Shown: in pieces, positions 1 to 9,841 of the stretch
How the letters are laid out: every line of letters begins with the position of its first letter
How positions within the stretch are numbered: position 1 is the first letter of the stretch
Assembly (NCBI GenBank): GCA_035297365.1
Contig: DATGZA010000073.1
Span: 1 to 20,914, forward strand
Reading direction: 5' to 3'
Source: Nitrososphaeraceae archaeon
GTDB lineage: Archaea; Thermoproteota; Nitrososphaeria; Nitrososphaerales; Nitrososphaeraceae
DNA: 20,914 bases
Position numbers and translations under genes: made by a program
Notes under the pieces: model-generated
Database searches by the model: none
Seen by the model: the letters and a program-made list of their open reading frames with translations, nothing else
Told to the model about the DNA's origin: nothing

Positions 1-629
1 ATTTGGAGTTTTGTTTATCCATTTATCTAAGTGTAGATCATTTCACATTGTTATAATATAAAACCATCTAATTATTCTATCTTTTTTAATCTAATTTCAC
101 TTAAAATTGTATTCTGTATGAAGATATACACACTGGTATTATATTATTCTTAGTTAGATTAGATGTGTTATTCTATTCTAAATAATTGAAATGGAAATGG
201 AACGTGATATACATTTTTGTCTATATTTTTATTGTCAGTACATGGGAAATTGAACAAGAATAAGACTTTTAAACATGGACATATATGGATACACATTTTA
301 CAATATCAACGATGAAATTTTGGACACGGAATCACCCATTCCAATGAATACCACCAAGATGATAGCTTCTTATATAGTTTGAAGGAATGGGCGGGCATAT
401 GATACATCGGCAAATGACACAAGTATAGTTTCTCTGTACCTAGCATTAGAAAACCATGATATCTGACAATAAGTCAATATAATAAAGGAACGAATAACCT
501 TACTAAAGATTATAAATATAAAAAAGTGTTTGATTATTAAATATCAAAAGTGTTGTAACTTGCACTGAAATAAAATACCAAACACACAGAAAGAAATATG
601 AAGATCTGTATCCTACTTTAGCATAATAA

Positions 630-941
630 ATGACTGACCAAAGCAATAATCAAGAAAAAATCATTGAAGAACTAAAGTCAGAAATATCCGAATTGAAAAA
701 TCAACTTCGAAGTTTAAACCTCAATTTCCCTGATAAAAAACCACAATTCATCGCAAAGATACCAAATGAAGTTTTTTTCAGATTTGTTGAAAGAAACTCA
801 ATAACATCATTAGATGATTTGAAAAATTCTGATATACTGGTAAATGGGACAATCGATTTAACAGACAAAGATATTGGAACAGGGGAGGATATGTTCCATT
901 GTCAAATTCATATGTTAAGAATGGGTGCTGGGGACCTTTAA
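630..941 (+). CDS. Hypothetical protein, 103 aa, with N-terminal coiled coil
   Basis: ATG-started ORF; heptad-like segment KIIEELKSEISELKNQLRSL; protein-like composition; no family recognised. Confidence 0.65.
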   Translation: MTDQSNNQEKIIEELKSEISELKNQLRSLNLNFPDKKPQFIAKIPNEVFFRFVERNSITSLDDLKNSDILVNGTIDLTDKDIGTGEDMFHCQIHMLRMGAGDL

Positions 942-1378
942 TAAGAAATTTAATATTTTCTTGACTCATCTTGGCGTAACACGAGGTTATTATGTCATCA
1001 AAAGTTCAAAATAGTGAACCTTAGGAAACTGCTGGTCCGTCAGGAGTAATACGGATATAAGTCCAAAAATAGGAGTCTATTTTAGAGATGTTACTATGTT
1101 ATATCTAGTTTTTATCATTAGAACTTATTTCAAAAAAACAGTTCCATGCTTAGAATATTTTGGCTATTGTGACGACTACTGGTTTTTTTTGATGTTTTCA
1201 TAATGTAAACTTAATTCATAAAACTAGATCACAATCTTACATTCATTTAATTATTTCAGGAGAATGATGAGAACGACAAAAAAATAATTACAATTGAAGT
1301 TGAAATTCAAACACGATTAAACGTATTTTCCAAATTTTACAAATAAGAGATGATTATTAAATCTACAATATCAGTCTG

Positions 1379-2698
1379 TTACAGGGGTTCGTCTGGGTTA
1401 CATTGTGGTAACCAAGGTCTTATTTCACAAATTGGTGGCCGCGGCGGTTGGCCAGGCTCAGTAGGACGTCTCCTCGCATGAATATTGACACTATGTGGCC
1501 GCACAGCTTGTAACCCATCTTCATCGGTTACCTTCACACTCAATCTTCTGTGAATAGGATGATCAATAGTAACAGCCCCACAACTAAAACGAATGGTTGT
1601 TGCATGATGATTGGCATTGGTGGTATAAGTTTTAACGACAGAATCACCTACACTCCATTCAACTTGCAAATTTGGTCGGAGATCATGAGAAATCAAGTTG
1701 TAGTTTGCTTCTACGAATTGCTGGCCTTCATTAACTGCCAGTCGGTCTGGTCCTAGAATCTGTAGGCTAGGTTCCCTAGGAACTTTCACCATCCACCCAC
1801 CAAAAAAGACGCCTGCTTCGGATACTTCAACTCCACCGAATTCCTTATCAAAGTATGACACAAGGACCTTCTGCCCGTTATCAATCATAATTTCACGAGG
1901 CAGATAGCCATTAACATATGACCCAGCACCTCTAGCACCAGAACTAGGAAAGTCTTTGGTTGTGATGTAAATACTTTGCGCCAGAAATACAAGTCCTAAA
2001 GGTGGAAAATGCAAGATAAACAGTCCTGTAAGTAAGTTCAGAATCGACGTGTCTACATCAAGATCTTCTGAACTCGCAACCTGAATATCTCCACCAGAAG
2101 CGTTAAACGTATCAGTGATGGTAAATACAAAGTCAACATCCGGCCAGGGACGTTCGTCATAACCTGAGATACGAGTGGTAATTCTGTCTGGGCTATGAAA
2201 GTTCACTGAAAATCCAGTAAGATGGGTTGGACCATTTGGATCTTCGCGTCCATCTTCGTTAAGTACTTTTGGCCAGTTTGACCAAGATTTGTCTGCCTCT
2301 CCGCGTATATAAGATGAGTTGATGAAGAGGTTGAATACAGCACCAGTTTTGTGGATATCGAGTGCATCCATAGCACGGTTTCTTGCTTGATCCTCCTGAC
2401 TACCAGGCAAAGTAGTACTGAGCCAAACGCAGATCCCGAACTTGTTGTTGACGTTACACTTGGATCTCACATCGGCGTCGATCTGATTCATGGCGAAGTG
2501 TTGTCGCAGAGCATCCGGTATTCTATCAATTCCGGGGATATCGCATGAAAAGAACTGCATTGCCCAATCTGGAACCAGTACTGGAGCGTCTCCTGGAGGT
2601 GGAGGCGAGGTAGACTGGATTCCTCGACGTGGAATACGGAAACTTCCATATAGATTAGGGTGTCGCTTAGTATCACTCCTTATTTTGATCGCAGACAT
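1379..2698 (-). CDS. Hypothetical protein, 439 aa; central hydrophobic hairpin, beta-rich (Ig/PKD-like?) C-terminal region, Pro-rich tail ending PPICEIRPWLPQC
   Basis: Long uninterrupted ORF; hydrophobic stretch ILNLLTGLFILHFPPLGLVFLAQSIYI; LSVKVTDEDG resembles the end of Ig/PKD-like domains; GC visibly higher than the flanks. Confidence 0.85.
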   Translation of the reverse strand: MSAIKIRSDTKRHPNLYGSFRIPRRGIQSTSPPPPGDAPVLVPDWAMQFFSCDIPGIDRIPDALRQHFAMNQIDADVRSKCNVNNKFGICVWLSTTLPGSQEDQARNRAMDALDIHKTGAVFNLFINSSYIRGEADKSWSNWPKVLNEDGREDPNGPTHLTGFSVNFHSPDRITTRISGYDERPWPDVDFVFTITDTFNASGGDIQVASSEDLDVDTSILNLLTGLFILHFPPLGLVFLAQSIYITTKDFPSSGARGAGSYVNGYLPREIMIDNGQKVLVSYFDKEFGGVEVSEAGVFFGGWMVKVPREPSLQILGPDRLAVNEGQQFVEANYNLISHDLRPNLQVEWSVGDSVVKTYTTNANHHATTIRFSCGAVTIDHPIHRRLSVKVTDEDGLQAVRPHSVNIHARRRPTEPGQPPRPPICEIRPWLPQCNPDEPL

Positions 2699-3140
2699 TT
2701 ATTTTCGGTATACCTGACTATGCGATTGTATTAAGTTTTTCTCTCGCATGTGTTCCACCTGCGCCATCTGTTACGAATAAAGCTAATTTTAAAAGGAGAA
2801 TGTGTAGATTATAAAGATATTACTGAAATATCTCAAAACGCAAATGCTGATCAGTAACTTATCTCCTTCTATTTATGGAAATGAATTTGAAGATAGAGAT
2901 AAAAACATATTTACTTCAATAAATTAGAAGAACAAGGAAACAAAAAGATCCCTTTCTACTAGAGACATTCCAAACGATTATGGATTTGATTATGATGGAA
3001 AAGATCGTTCATAATTCTGAAGTCATACTATTGACTGCTAAATATCTATCTTATTAGATTAGATTTAAAAGACTTGAAATAAACCAAACTGAATTAAGGA
3101 ATTATTTTTATAGTTCCGATTTGTTATAGCACCCCCAGAA

Positions 3141-3312
3141 ACATATGATGATTTTTATGTTGTTGATGGTGGTATAGTTTCGTCATCTATCGGAGTCAAT
3201 TCTTCTTTAACAATTTCCGCGTTGGCATTTAGAATCACAGAAAATCTTGTCATTCTAATCTCCCCATAGAGGAGGAATCGGTAGGACAAAAACATGGTAT
3301 TTCCCTAAGTGA
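3141..3312 (+). pseudogene. C-terminal remnant of a GMC-family (cholesterol-oxidase-like) oxidoreductase
   Basis: Manual translation from 3141 gives TYDDFYVVDGGIVSSSIGVNSSLTISALAFRITENL, matching the GMC C-terminal consensus LYVxDGSxxPxxxGVNPxLTIxALAxR. No upstream long ORF; frameshifted tail ends WYFPK* at 3312. Confidence 0.75.
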
Positions 3313-3665
3313 ATTCTTTCCGTACTAAATTCTAGAAGAATACTATAAGTTTTTCTAAATAACAAAAATGCTATCAGGAAGTATTAGGGAATCGGTCAGC
3401 GAAGATTTAAAGTCTCTATCTTGTACACCGACTCCTGCCGTTCTTTTGGATAGACGATTTGCCTGATATTCTCCATATTCTAATTCTATTTTTTTGTGAA
3501 TTGAATGAAATTAGTAATCTTAGTAAGATCCAAAGTTGCATTTTTCTAGATAACGTATCGTAATTTATTTAATGAATTTGTAAGATAATACTGCTGAAAT
3601 GATATCTTAGTTTTTGGTAGAGATCTAATATTACATTGTATGTACATATGATATATGTTTGGATT

Positions 3666-3704
3666 TATTTGACCTATTTGACCTTTTATTTGACCTATTT
3701 GACG
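3666..3704 (+). repeat. Four direct repeats of TATTTGAC(C/G), arranged as two pairs
   Basis: Copies start at 3666, 3675, 3687 and 3696 (spacing 9/12/9), immediately upstream of a TATA-like CATAAATA at 3710-3717. Confidence 0.85.
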
Positions 3705-3774
3705 AAAGCCATAAATACTTCATACCCACAAATACACCATACCAGCTACAATACCCAACAGCATTCGAATAAGC

Positions 3775-5304
3775 GTGATTCGTGAATGGTTAAAAGGAAG
3801 ACCCAGAAATGAAATAGCATTAGAACACAACATCAGTACGGGTACAGTTTCCAATATTGTTGCAGAATGGCGCAATGAACTAGGAAGTTATGACGCTGAT
3901 AGTCTTCGCGAGTTAGCATTAGCTTTAAAAAACCTGAAACTCTCTCCTGACCAATGTGCAGTGGGTTTTAGAACGGCCAGAATGATGCTAAAATCCGGAG
4001 TACATGAAGATGATTTTAACCACTTTATAAACGAGGTTTATCAGAAATGTGAATTACTAGAAATTTCACCTGATCAAATTACCATCTATTTAAATGAATT
4101 AGTAAAATTATCAAAAATTGTGTTTCCCTCACAGATTCCTGACTACCTCGAAAGCAAAAGAGAAGAAATCCAAAAAATAGATCAACAAATAAATGAAAAA
4201 AATCAAAATTTAGAGACTCTTAACGATCAAACAACGGCAGCTGAAAACCGTCTAAATAAGATGCTGGAAAATGAAAATATTTCGGAAGAAACAATTGAAT
4301 GGAACTATAGAACAAAAAAAGAATTTGAAAATAACGGAATACCAGTTAACGAGATGGATTTATTTATACAGTGTGTCAAAGGTATAAAAAACCTTAATTA
4401 TGATGTTAGAAAAGTTCTAGCTAAGTATTCCGAATACGAATATTTTGTTGGATTAATTGAATCACAAAAGAATATATACGAAAAAATGAAAAAGGATATT
4501 GCAGCTGCAGAATTTCAATTAGCACAGTTGAATCCACCTATAAATGACAAAAGATTAAAACTCTCTAAACTCTTCCAGCTAGAACAGATGGGATTTGATC
4601 TTGAACAATTAAGGTATTTATTGAATACAATAAAAGAAATTGCAAAAGAAAATGACATAAGAGCTAGTACTGCAGTAGAAAAGTTTTTCAATGACCTTGA
4701 TGACTACGAAGAAATTGCCGGTTTTCAGAGCAAATTGAAACAGCAAAGAGAAGAGAGTAACAAATTGAGTATACAAATAGCGGCAGGAAGATCTAATTTA
4801 TTAGCTCATCAATATATCGGACCAGTTTTACAGAGTTTATTAGCAAAAGGAATTACAGAAAACGACATAATCGATATTAACGCAATCTTGTCATTAATAG
4901 AACCTGATTATTTTAATAGAAATCTGCACAAACAGCAGTTAATTCAGGATCTTGAGAATTATAAAAACCTGAAAAAATTAATACAATCTCTAGATCGGTA
5001 TAAAATAAATTTAGAAAGGAATAGTATTATTCTAGAAAACCACAAACAGCAATTGGAAAATTTTATAAACTTCTACCTTCTTTTTTTGTTATCATTTTTG
5101 GGGGATATCAAGTCTTCGTTGAACAGAAAGTTATATTTTGAAAATCTACACCAGATATTTTTAGTTTGTATTCTGAATCTTGCAAGAGATATGAAATTTT
5201 CTCCTAATGAAGAAAAAAAAGAAGATCGAGAAGAACGACAAAATGAAAACGATCATTCAGAAAATGATAATCATAGTAAAAGTAATGAAGCAAAATTGAA
5301 ATAA
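3775..5304 (+). CDS. Helix-turn-helix plus long coiled-coil hypothetical protein (true start possibly ATA at 3739)
   Basis: N-terminal RNEIALEHNISTGTVSNIVAEW is a classic HTH; long E/K/Q/N-rich heptad stretches; weakly hydrophobic segment and charged tail at the C-terminus. Confidence 0.88.
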   Translation: MIREWLKGRPRNEIALEHNISTGTVSNIVAEWRNELGSYDADSLRELALALKNLKLSPDQCAVGFRTARMMLKSGVHEDDFNHFINEVYQKCELLEISPDQITIYLNELVKLSKIVFPSQIPDYLESKREEIQKIDQQINEKNQNLETLNDQTTAAENRLNKMLENENISEETIEWNYRTKKEFENNGIPVNEMDLFIQCVKGIKNLNYDVRKVLAKYSEYEYFVGLIESQKNIYEKMKKDIAAAEFQLAQLNPPINDKRLKLSKLFQLEQMGFDLEQLRYLLNTIKEIAKENDIRASTAVEKFFNDLDDYEEIAGFQSKLKQQREESNKLSIQIAAGRSNLLAHQYIGPVLQSLLAKGITENDIIDINAILSLIEPDYFNRNLHKQQLIQDLENYKNLKKLIQSLDRYKINLERNSIILENHKQQLENFINFYLLFLLSFLGDIKSSLNRKLYFENLHQIFLVCILNLARDMKFSPNEEKKEDREERQNENDHSENDNHSKSNEAKLK

Positions 5305-5749
5305 AATTTTATAAAAAAGGGATACTGTAAAGCTATTGATATTTTATCTGGCATTCTAAAGGAAAAATTGACACCTTTGGCATTCTGAAAATAATAGATA
5401 TGCTAATCCAATTGTATATCTACAAAACTGATACTAACATTTCTGGCGCTATAGTTCTGAAAGATACTCCCTTACATCTTTTGCTTTACTCTTGATGTTC
5501 TTATGTATTGTTCTTTCTCACGAATATTCTTCATGAATTTAATAAGTTCTTTTTGCTAACATCATATAATCTGAGTCTGAATATCATTTAATCGGAGGAT
5601 GTAAGATTCGACGCATGTCAAAGTAAACGTCTAGAGGTAAAGATCTTCCTATCAAAGTATGTTAATAATACAGATCAGTGTAATGAAATATGAGATACCT
5701 ATATCAAATAAAATTTATTAAATAAAATTCCCATAATCTATGAAAAATT

Positions 5750-6649
5750 TTACTTTACTATAAGCTTATATTTTACATCCTGAGTAAAACTGTTCTCAAA
5801 ACAACTCTCATCATCTTCTGGACACTTTAAGCTAGACTTCCAGTGAACCATATGTTCACCTTTTGATAGTGGTTTAGATACAATATAATGACCGTCTGCC
5901 ACAGCAATAGCAGGTCCTTCAGATGCACCAAATACTGCATCCTTGGGAAAATTCAACACAAATCCATCTGTGTGAATTCGATACTTGCTTAGATCTTCCA
6001 TTTGATACTCTGTGTTATCTATTCTGAGATACAGATTGTTTACACTATTCTGATCTGTATTAGCTACTCTTGTTAAGTTTTCTATTATTTTACTCAAATC
6101 ATCAACTTTTATTTTTAGAATCTGCGGGACTTCCTCATCAGAAACCTCTACATCAACTGTGAATTTTAAAGTCTGCGGGACTTCCTCATCAGAAACCTCT
6201 ACAACCATCAGAGGAATAAGTATTCCTTTACCGTATGGCACAGTACAGGTTCTTTCAACTGTTTGATTATTAGGACCAGAACTGAGATAAAATACCGATG
6301 AGTTTGAATTCTCTTGGCCGTATAAACATCTTGCTCCGGTTGGATCCTTTTCAGGAGTTTGATTTTTTGGAATTGATACTAACCATTTCCAATAATTTTT
6401 AGCATGATCATCGTATGTTAATCCGTAAAGTTTGGTTTCTGGATCAAAAATTTCTATATTTGATGAATTATCAATCATAGAACCAACTGTTGATTCAGTT
6501 ACATTTTTTATATTTTCATATGAATTGTTAACGTTTGCCTCTGCATCAATAGGTGAAAAACTTGAGACGATAATAATTCCTAATATGCTGTATAAAATAA
6601 AGATAGTCCTTTTATGAATTACTACTTGAACTTTCATACGCTTTGTCAT
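5750..6649 (-). CDS. Exported/anchored uncharacterised protein, 'WxW-KPL' family paralog 1
   Basis: N-terminal hydrophobic segment IFILYSILGIIIVSSF; motifs LYGLTY..YWKWLVSIP, DPTGARC, RTCTVPYGKGILIP and ADGHYIVSKPLSKGEH shared with other ORFs in the window. Confidence 0.9.
   Translation of the reverse strand: MTKRMKVQVVIHKRTIFILYSILGIIIVSSFSPIDAEANVNNSYENIKNVTESTVGSMIDNSSNIEIFDPETKLYGLTYDDHAKNYWKWLVSIPKNQTPEKDPTGARCLYGQENSNSSVFYLSSGPNNQTVERTCTVPYGKGILIPLMVVEVSDEEVPQTLKFTVDVEVSDEEVPQILKIKVDDLSKIIENLTRVANTDQNSVNNLYLRIDNTEYQMEDLSKYRIHTDGFVLNFPKDAVFGASEGPAIAVADGHYIVSKPLSKGEHMVHWKSSLKCPEDDESCFENSFTQDVKYKLIVK
6101..6203. repeat. In-frame 51-bp tandem duplication inside the CDS
   Basis: TCTGCGGGACTTCCTCATCAGAAACCTCTACA is identical at 6121-6152 and 6172-6203; the remaining 19-20 nt are diverged; the protein shows VEVSDEEVPQ twice, 17 aa apart. 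Confidence 0.92.
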
Positions 6650-7311
6650 GAACTTATTATCAAAATATCCTATACAAAAAGATTATCCTCAAGTTCTAAC
6701 TATTCTGGTTAGCACAATTTTCCAATAGCTTCATTTTAACTAGATAGATTTAGCTGTCAATATTGCCATTCCTAATCTCTTTAATTAAATTATTTTATGA
6801 CAATATGACTGATTTGATGAAAATACACTGAAAATTTCCAAAATGTTACCTGATTTTGGATAAGGTAAAAAGACACCATAAATTAAAAAAGATACTTGAA
6901 TATATTGATAAACACAAAAACATCTGATTCCAATATATCTTCCAACAGTATCTTCTGAATTTATGGTATTGGAAGAGATATGAGGTATGTAAAAATGATC
7001 TACTTGTACTGCAATACTACATCATTTACAGATTTTAGAAATAAAATGTACATATCTCAACAAAAAGATTCAGTCTGAATATGAGAAATTATATATTTGC
7101 TAGAATTGATAATTAGAAAACACAACCTAGCTGGTATATCGATTGTATAATTTTTTAAATTGTCAAATGAAATCTAAAATCTCAATTTGAGAGGGAGCCA
7201 TCTCTCATAATGTATTTAAAGATTTATGGGTTCAAAGTACTTTGCCTTGGCATTTTACCAGAATAAAAGTAAGATATTATTTGTAATTGATTGTTTGGCC
7301 TCGTATGTAAA

Positions 7312-8325
7312 TTATTTTTGCTTTGTTTCCATATCTAACATCTCTAAAAGTTCACCTTCTGTTATTTCGAGCCCCAATTCATTTATCTTCTGTATTAGTT
7401 TACGAAATTCAAGTTTTGTCTTGAAATGCTGTTTCTTTGCAAATCTCTCAATTAATGCTGTTTGTTCCTTAGTTTGTGTACTAAATTCTCCAATTTGTTT
7501 TTCAGATCTTGCTTTAATTTTTTCAATTTCATTCTCAGAAGCTTCAAGCGAACTAAGAACTTTGTAATAATCTTCTTGATTAGTTATTTCTCCCGCATTT
7601 ATCTTTGATTCTACGATGGATTTTAATGCTTTCATTTCACCTGGATGCATTGTAGGTTTAAGAATTAATGTTCCTCGCGGTACAACATCCAATTCCACAA
7701 GAGTTTGATTTCTGTAGCCAAAGTCACCATTTCCAAAATATCCAATTATATGTTTACCAACTTCCAATGGCTTCAAAAGAATAAAATATCCTCCAGCAAC
7801 AACTTCGGTAGGGCCTGGAATATTAAAAGGAACATCAAGGATTTGACCTAGTGTTTTTCCTTCAAGAGGTTCTGGTACTTGAATAGTAAAATCATCCGTT
7901 ATGACTTTATGATCTGACATCTGAATTTCCGGATGAAGCCCGTCTATTGTAACTTGATTGTTTGAAGGAGGATCGTCTCCCATTTGTATCAGCTGATTCA
8001 CATAATCTTTTCTTTTTTCTGGTGTTTCAAGATGATGATGTACTCGGTCTGCAAAACTAGTGATTACGGTTATAAAAATTGCTTGATCAGAATAAACCTG
8101 TAATGCATCATTTCCTATTTTGACGAATCTATGACTATAACTGCTATATCCGTGAAAATCTATACCTCGCAAAAATATCACATCCTTTAATGATTGATTA
8201 TCTGGATCATACTGAAGAAGCCATTGAATAAATTCCTTAACCAAATCACTGTATGATCTCCCATGATAATTGTCTGTAGGCTTTACAACTAGATCATTCA
8301 CTTCTTGTTGATTCCTTAACATCAT
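7312..8325 (-). CDS. Cytoplasmic, diverged 'WxW-KPL' family paralog 2 with ~115-aa helical C-terminal extension
   Basis: YHGRSYSDLVKEFIQWLL, DVIFLRG and VAGGYFILLKPLEVGKH align with the other paralogs; no signal peptide and no Cys; TATA-like TTTATTAA about 25 nt upstream on the minus strand. Confidence 0.88.
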   Translation of the reverse strand: MMLRNQQEVNDLVVKPTDNYHGRSYSDLVKEFIQWLLQYDPDNQSLKDVIFLRGIDFHGYSSYSHRFVKIGNDALQVYSDQAIFITVITSFADRVHHHLETPEKRKDYVNQLIQMGDDPPSNNQVTIDGLHPEIQMSDHKVITDDFTIQVPEPLEGKTLGQILDVPFNIPGPTEVVAGGYFILLKPLEVGKHIIGYFGNGDFGYRNQTLVELDVVPRGTLILKPTMHPGEMKALKSIVESKINAGEITNQEDYYKVLSSLEASENEIEKIKARSEKQIGEFSTQTKEQTALIERFAKKQHFKTKLEFRKLIQKINELGLEITEGELLEMLDMETKQK

Positions 8326-8400
8326 ATTAGATTAAATATACTTATTAATAAAATTCTCTCTCAATTAGATTTATTATATATCATTTTAACATCTATTTTT

Positions 8401-9654
8401 TTAGGAGAATATAACTGATCCTGGGAAAGATTCGTTTTTGCTGAATGGAGGAATTAAGAACATGCCTGCAGCAGTTGCTGAAATAAATGCTTCTAATCCT
8501 CTAGTTTTTTCATAATAATTTGGATTTACTGACCTGCCAAGCCATTGCGGTAAAGTTAATATTTTCATTACATTTTGTGGTTTATTTTGAAAACTTATAA
8601 AATTTAATCCAGTCTGAAAACCAGGATTTTTCTCAGAAGGTTGTAAAAATTCGAAACCCTGTCTAAAAATCCGAAAAGATTTAAAATCTGGTTGAGAATG
8701 ATTGTCTATTTTATAAGATCTATAAATGTGGCTTCTCGATAAAGATTTATAATTGCTATAACGAGCAATATTTTTTTCGTCAAATGGTTGATGTTCTCGA
8801 AATTTTTCATTTCCAGACTCGATAACTTCACTAGTACCAGATACAGGACAATTAGGATCACTTATAGGATTTCCGTTCTTATCAAATCCGATTAGAGGAC
8901 ATCCAGTAGTCTTTTTCCTACCTATTATTGTTTCTTGTTCAGATAAGCCCAAGGTTTCCCATTTCTGCAAATCTATGATGAATCGGATAAATGCCAAATA
9001 AGTACCGTTAATTAACCATTTGTCTTGATTAGATACTGAATTATTGATTGAAATGACTTCTTGTCTATCATTTTTTGAAATATTTGATATGCCCTCATGA
9101 AAACCCAGCCACCCACGCTGGTCGATTCGTTTAAAACCTGTATAGTATTTAGAAATATTCAAAATTGGTCTCCCTCTTTTATTGATATGTTTCCAAGTTT
9201 CGACAAGTGCAAGATTTGTAAACATTTCAGCGTCAGCTATGAACTGAATTATAATATGGTCTTCTACTGCATGATTTTTTATGGTATCTTTCGAAAAATT
9301 AATGCCAGAACCAGTTGCTATAGGTTCTCCACCTGAAATAGATGGACCCCGAAACCCTTTTTCATACATTAAATCGTTAGGTTTCCTTTTTTTAACTCCG
9401 GATACAATACCACCAAATATTTTTGGTCCATAACCAAAAAGAACAGAAAGATTTCCATGATGGCTTTGGTTGGTGTGAGTATCTACATTCTTTACCTTTC
9501 CACGCTTCAATTCTTCATACAGGTTCCATAATTCTGAAAGATCTCCTGCTAAATCTGATGAATTTACATATTTGGAAATTTTCAAAAACAGCATACAAAA
9601 AGAATTACCTAATGGTTTGTCATAATAAATTCCATCCTGCATAGTTCCCGCCAT
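8401..9654 (-). CDS. DyP-type (dye-decolorising) heme peroxidase family protein
   Basis: GWLGFHEGISN (GxxDG position), NGTYLAFIRF, QETIIGRKK, SHI (proximal His), RIFRQG (distal Arg) and GLNFISFQ are DyP hallmarks; no Tat/Sec signal. Confidence 0.88.
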   Translation of the reverse strand: MAGTMQDGIYYDKPLGNSFCMLFLKISKYVNSSDLAGDLSELWNLYEELKRGKVKNVDTHTNQSHHGNLSVLFGYGPKIFGGIVSGVKKRKPNDLMYEKGFRGPSISGGEPIATGSGINFSKDTIKNHAVEDHIIIQFIADAEMFTNLALVETWKHINKRGRPILNISKYYTGFKRIDQRGWLGFHEGISNISKNDRQEVISINNSVSNQDKWLINGTYLAFIRFIIDLQKWETLGLSEQETIIGRKKTTGCPLIGFDKNGNPISDPNCPVSGTSEVIESGNEKFREHQPFDEKNIARYSNYKSLSRSHIYRSYKIDNHSQPDFKSFRIFRQGFEFLQPSEKNPGFQTGLNFISFQNKPQNVMKILTLPQWLGRSVNPNYYEKTRGLEAFISATAAGMFLIPPFSKNESFPGSVIFS

Positions 9655-9841
9655 TTAATTCTTAATTATTCCTCAAGAATTTAAAATTATTGCGTTATTT
9701 TTATTAATCAAATTGATCTTCACTAATACGACTTTTTCTTAACAAGTAGTCTCAATGACGATAAATGACTACCTCATATTTTTCTACTCAATAGATATGT
9801 GGTTTATTCAATAGTCAACTGGTTTTAGTAGTGTAAGTATC

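Noticed and set aside
270-470. Coding-looking stretch interrupted by stops; similar stretch at 5400-5660
   Set aside because: Possibly gene debris, but no family could be recognised in any frame.
778-2717. Short ORFs 778..969, 1550..1756, 2351..2548, 2488..2676 and 2490..2717
   Set aside because: Antisense or alternate-frame shadows of longer genes with no recognisable motifs.
3666-3704. CRISPR interpretation of the repeats
   Set aside because: Units are 9 bp with no spacers, and there are no cas genes.
6938-7207. Short stems TCTTCCAA/TTGGAAGA (6938-6976) and TGAGAG/CTCTCA (7188-7207)
   Set aside because: Only 6-8 bp; not distinguishable from background.
6432-9644. Plus-strand ORFs 6432..6617, 7226..7567, 9097..9336 and 9423..9644
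   Set aside because: Antisense to well-supported minus-strand genes; hydrophobic look reflects reverse-complemented A-rich codons.
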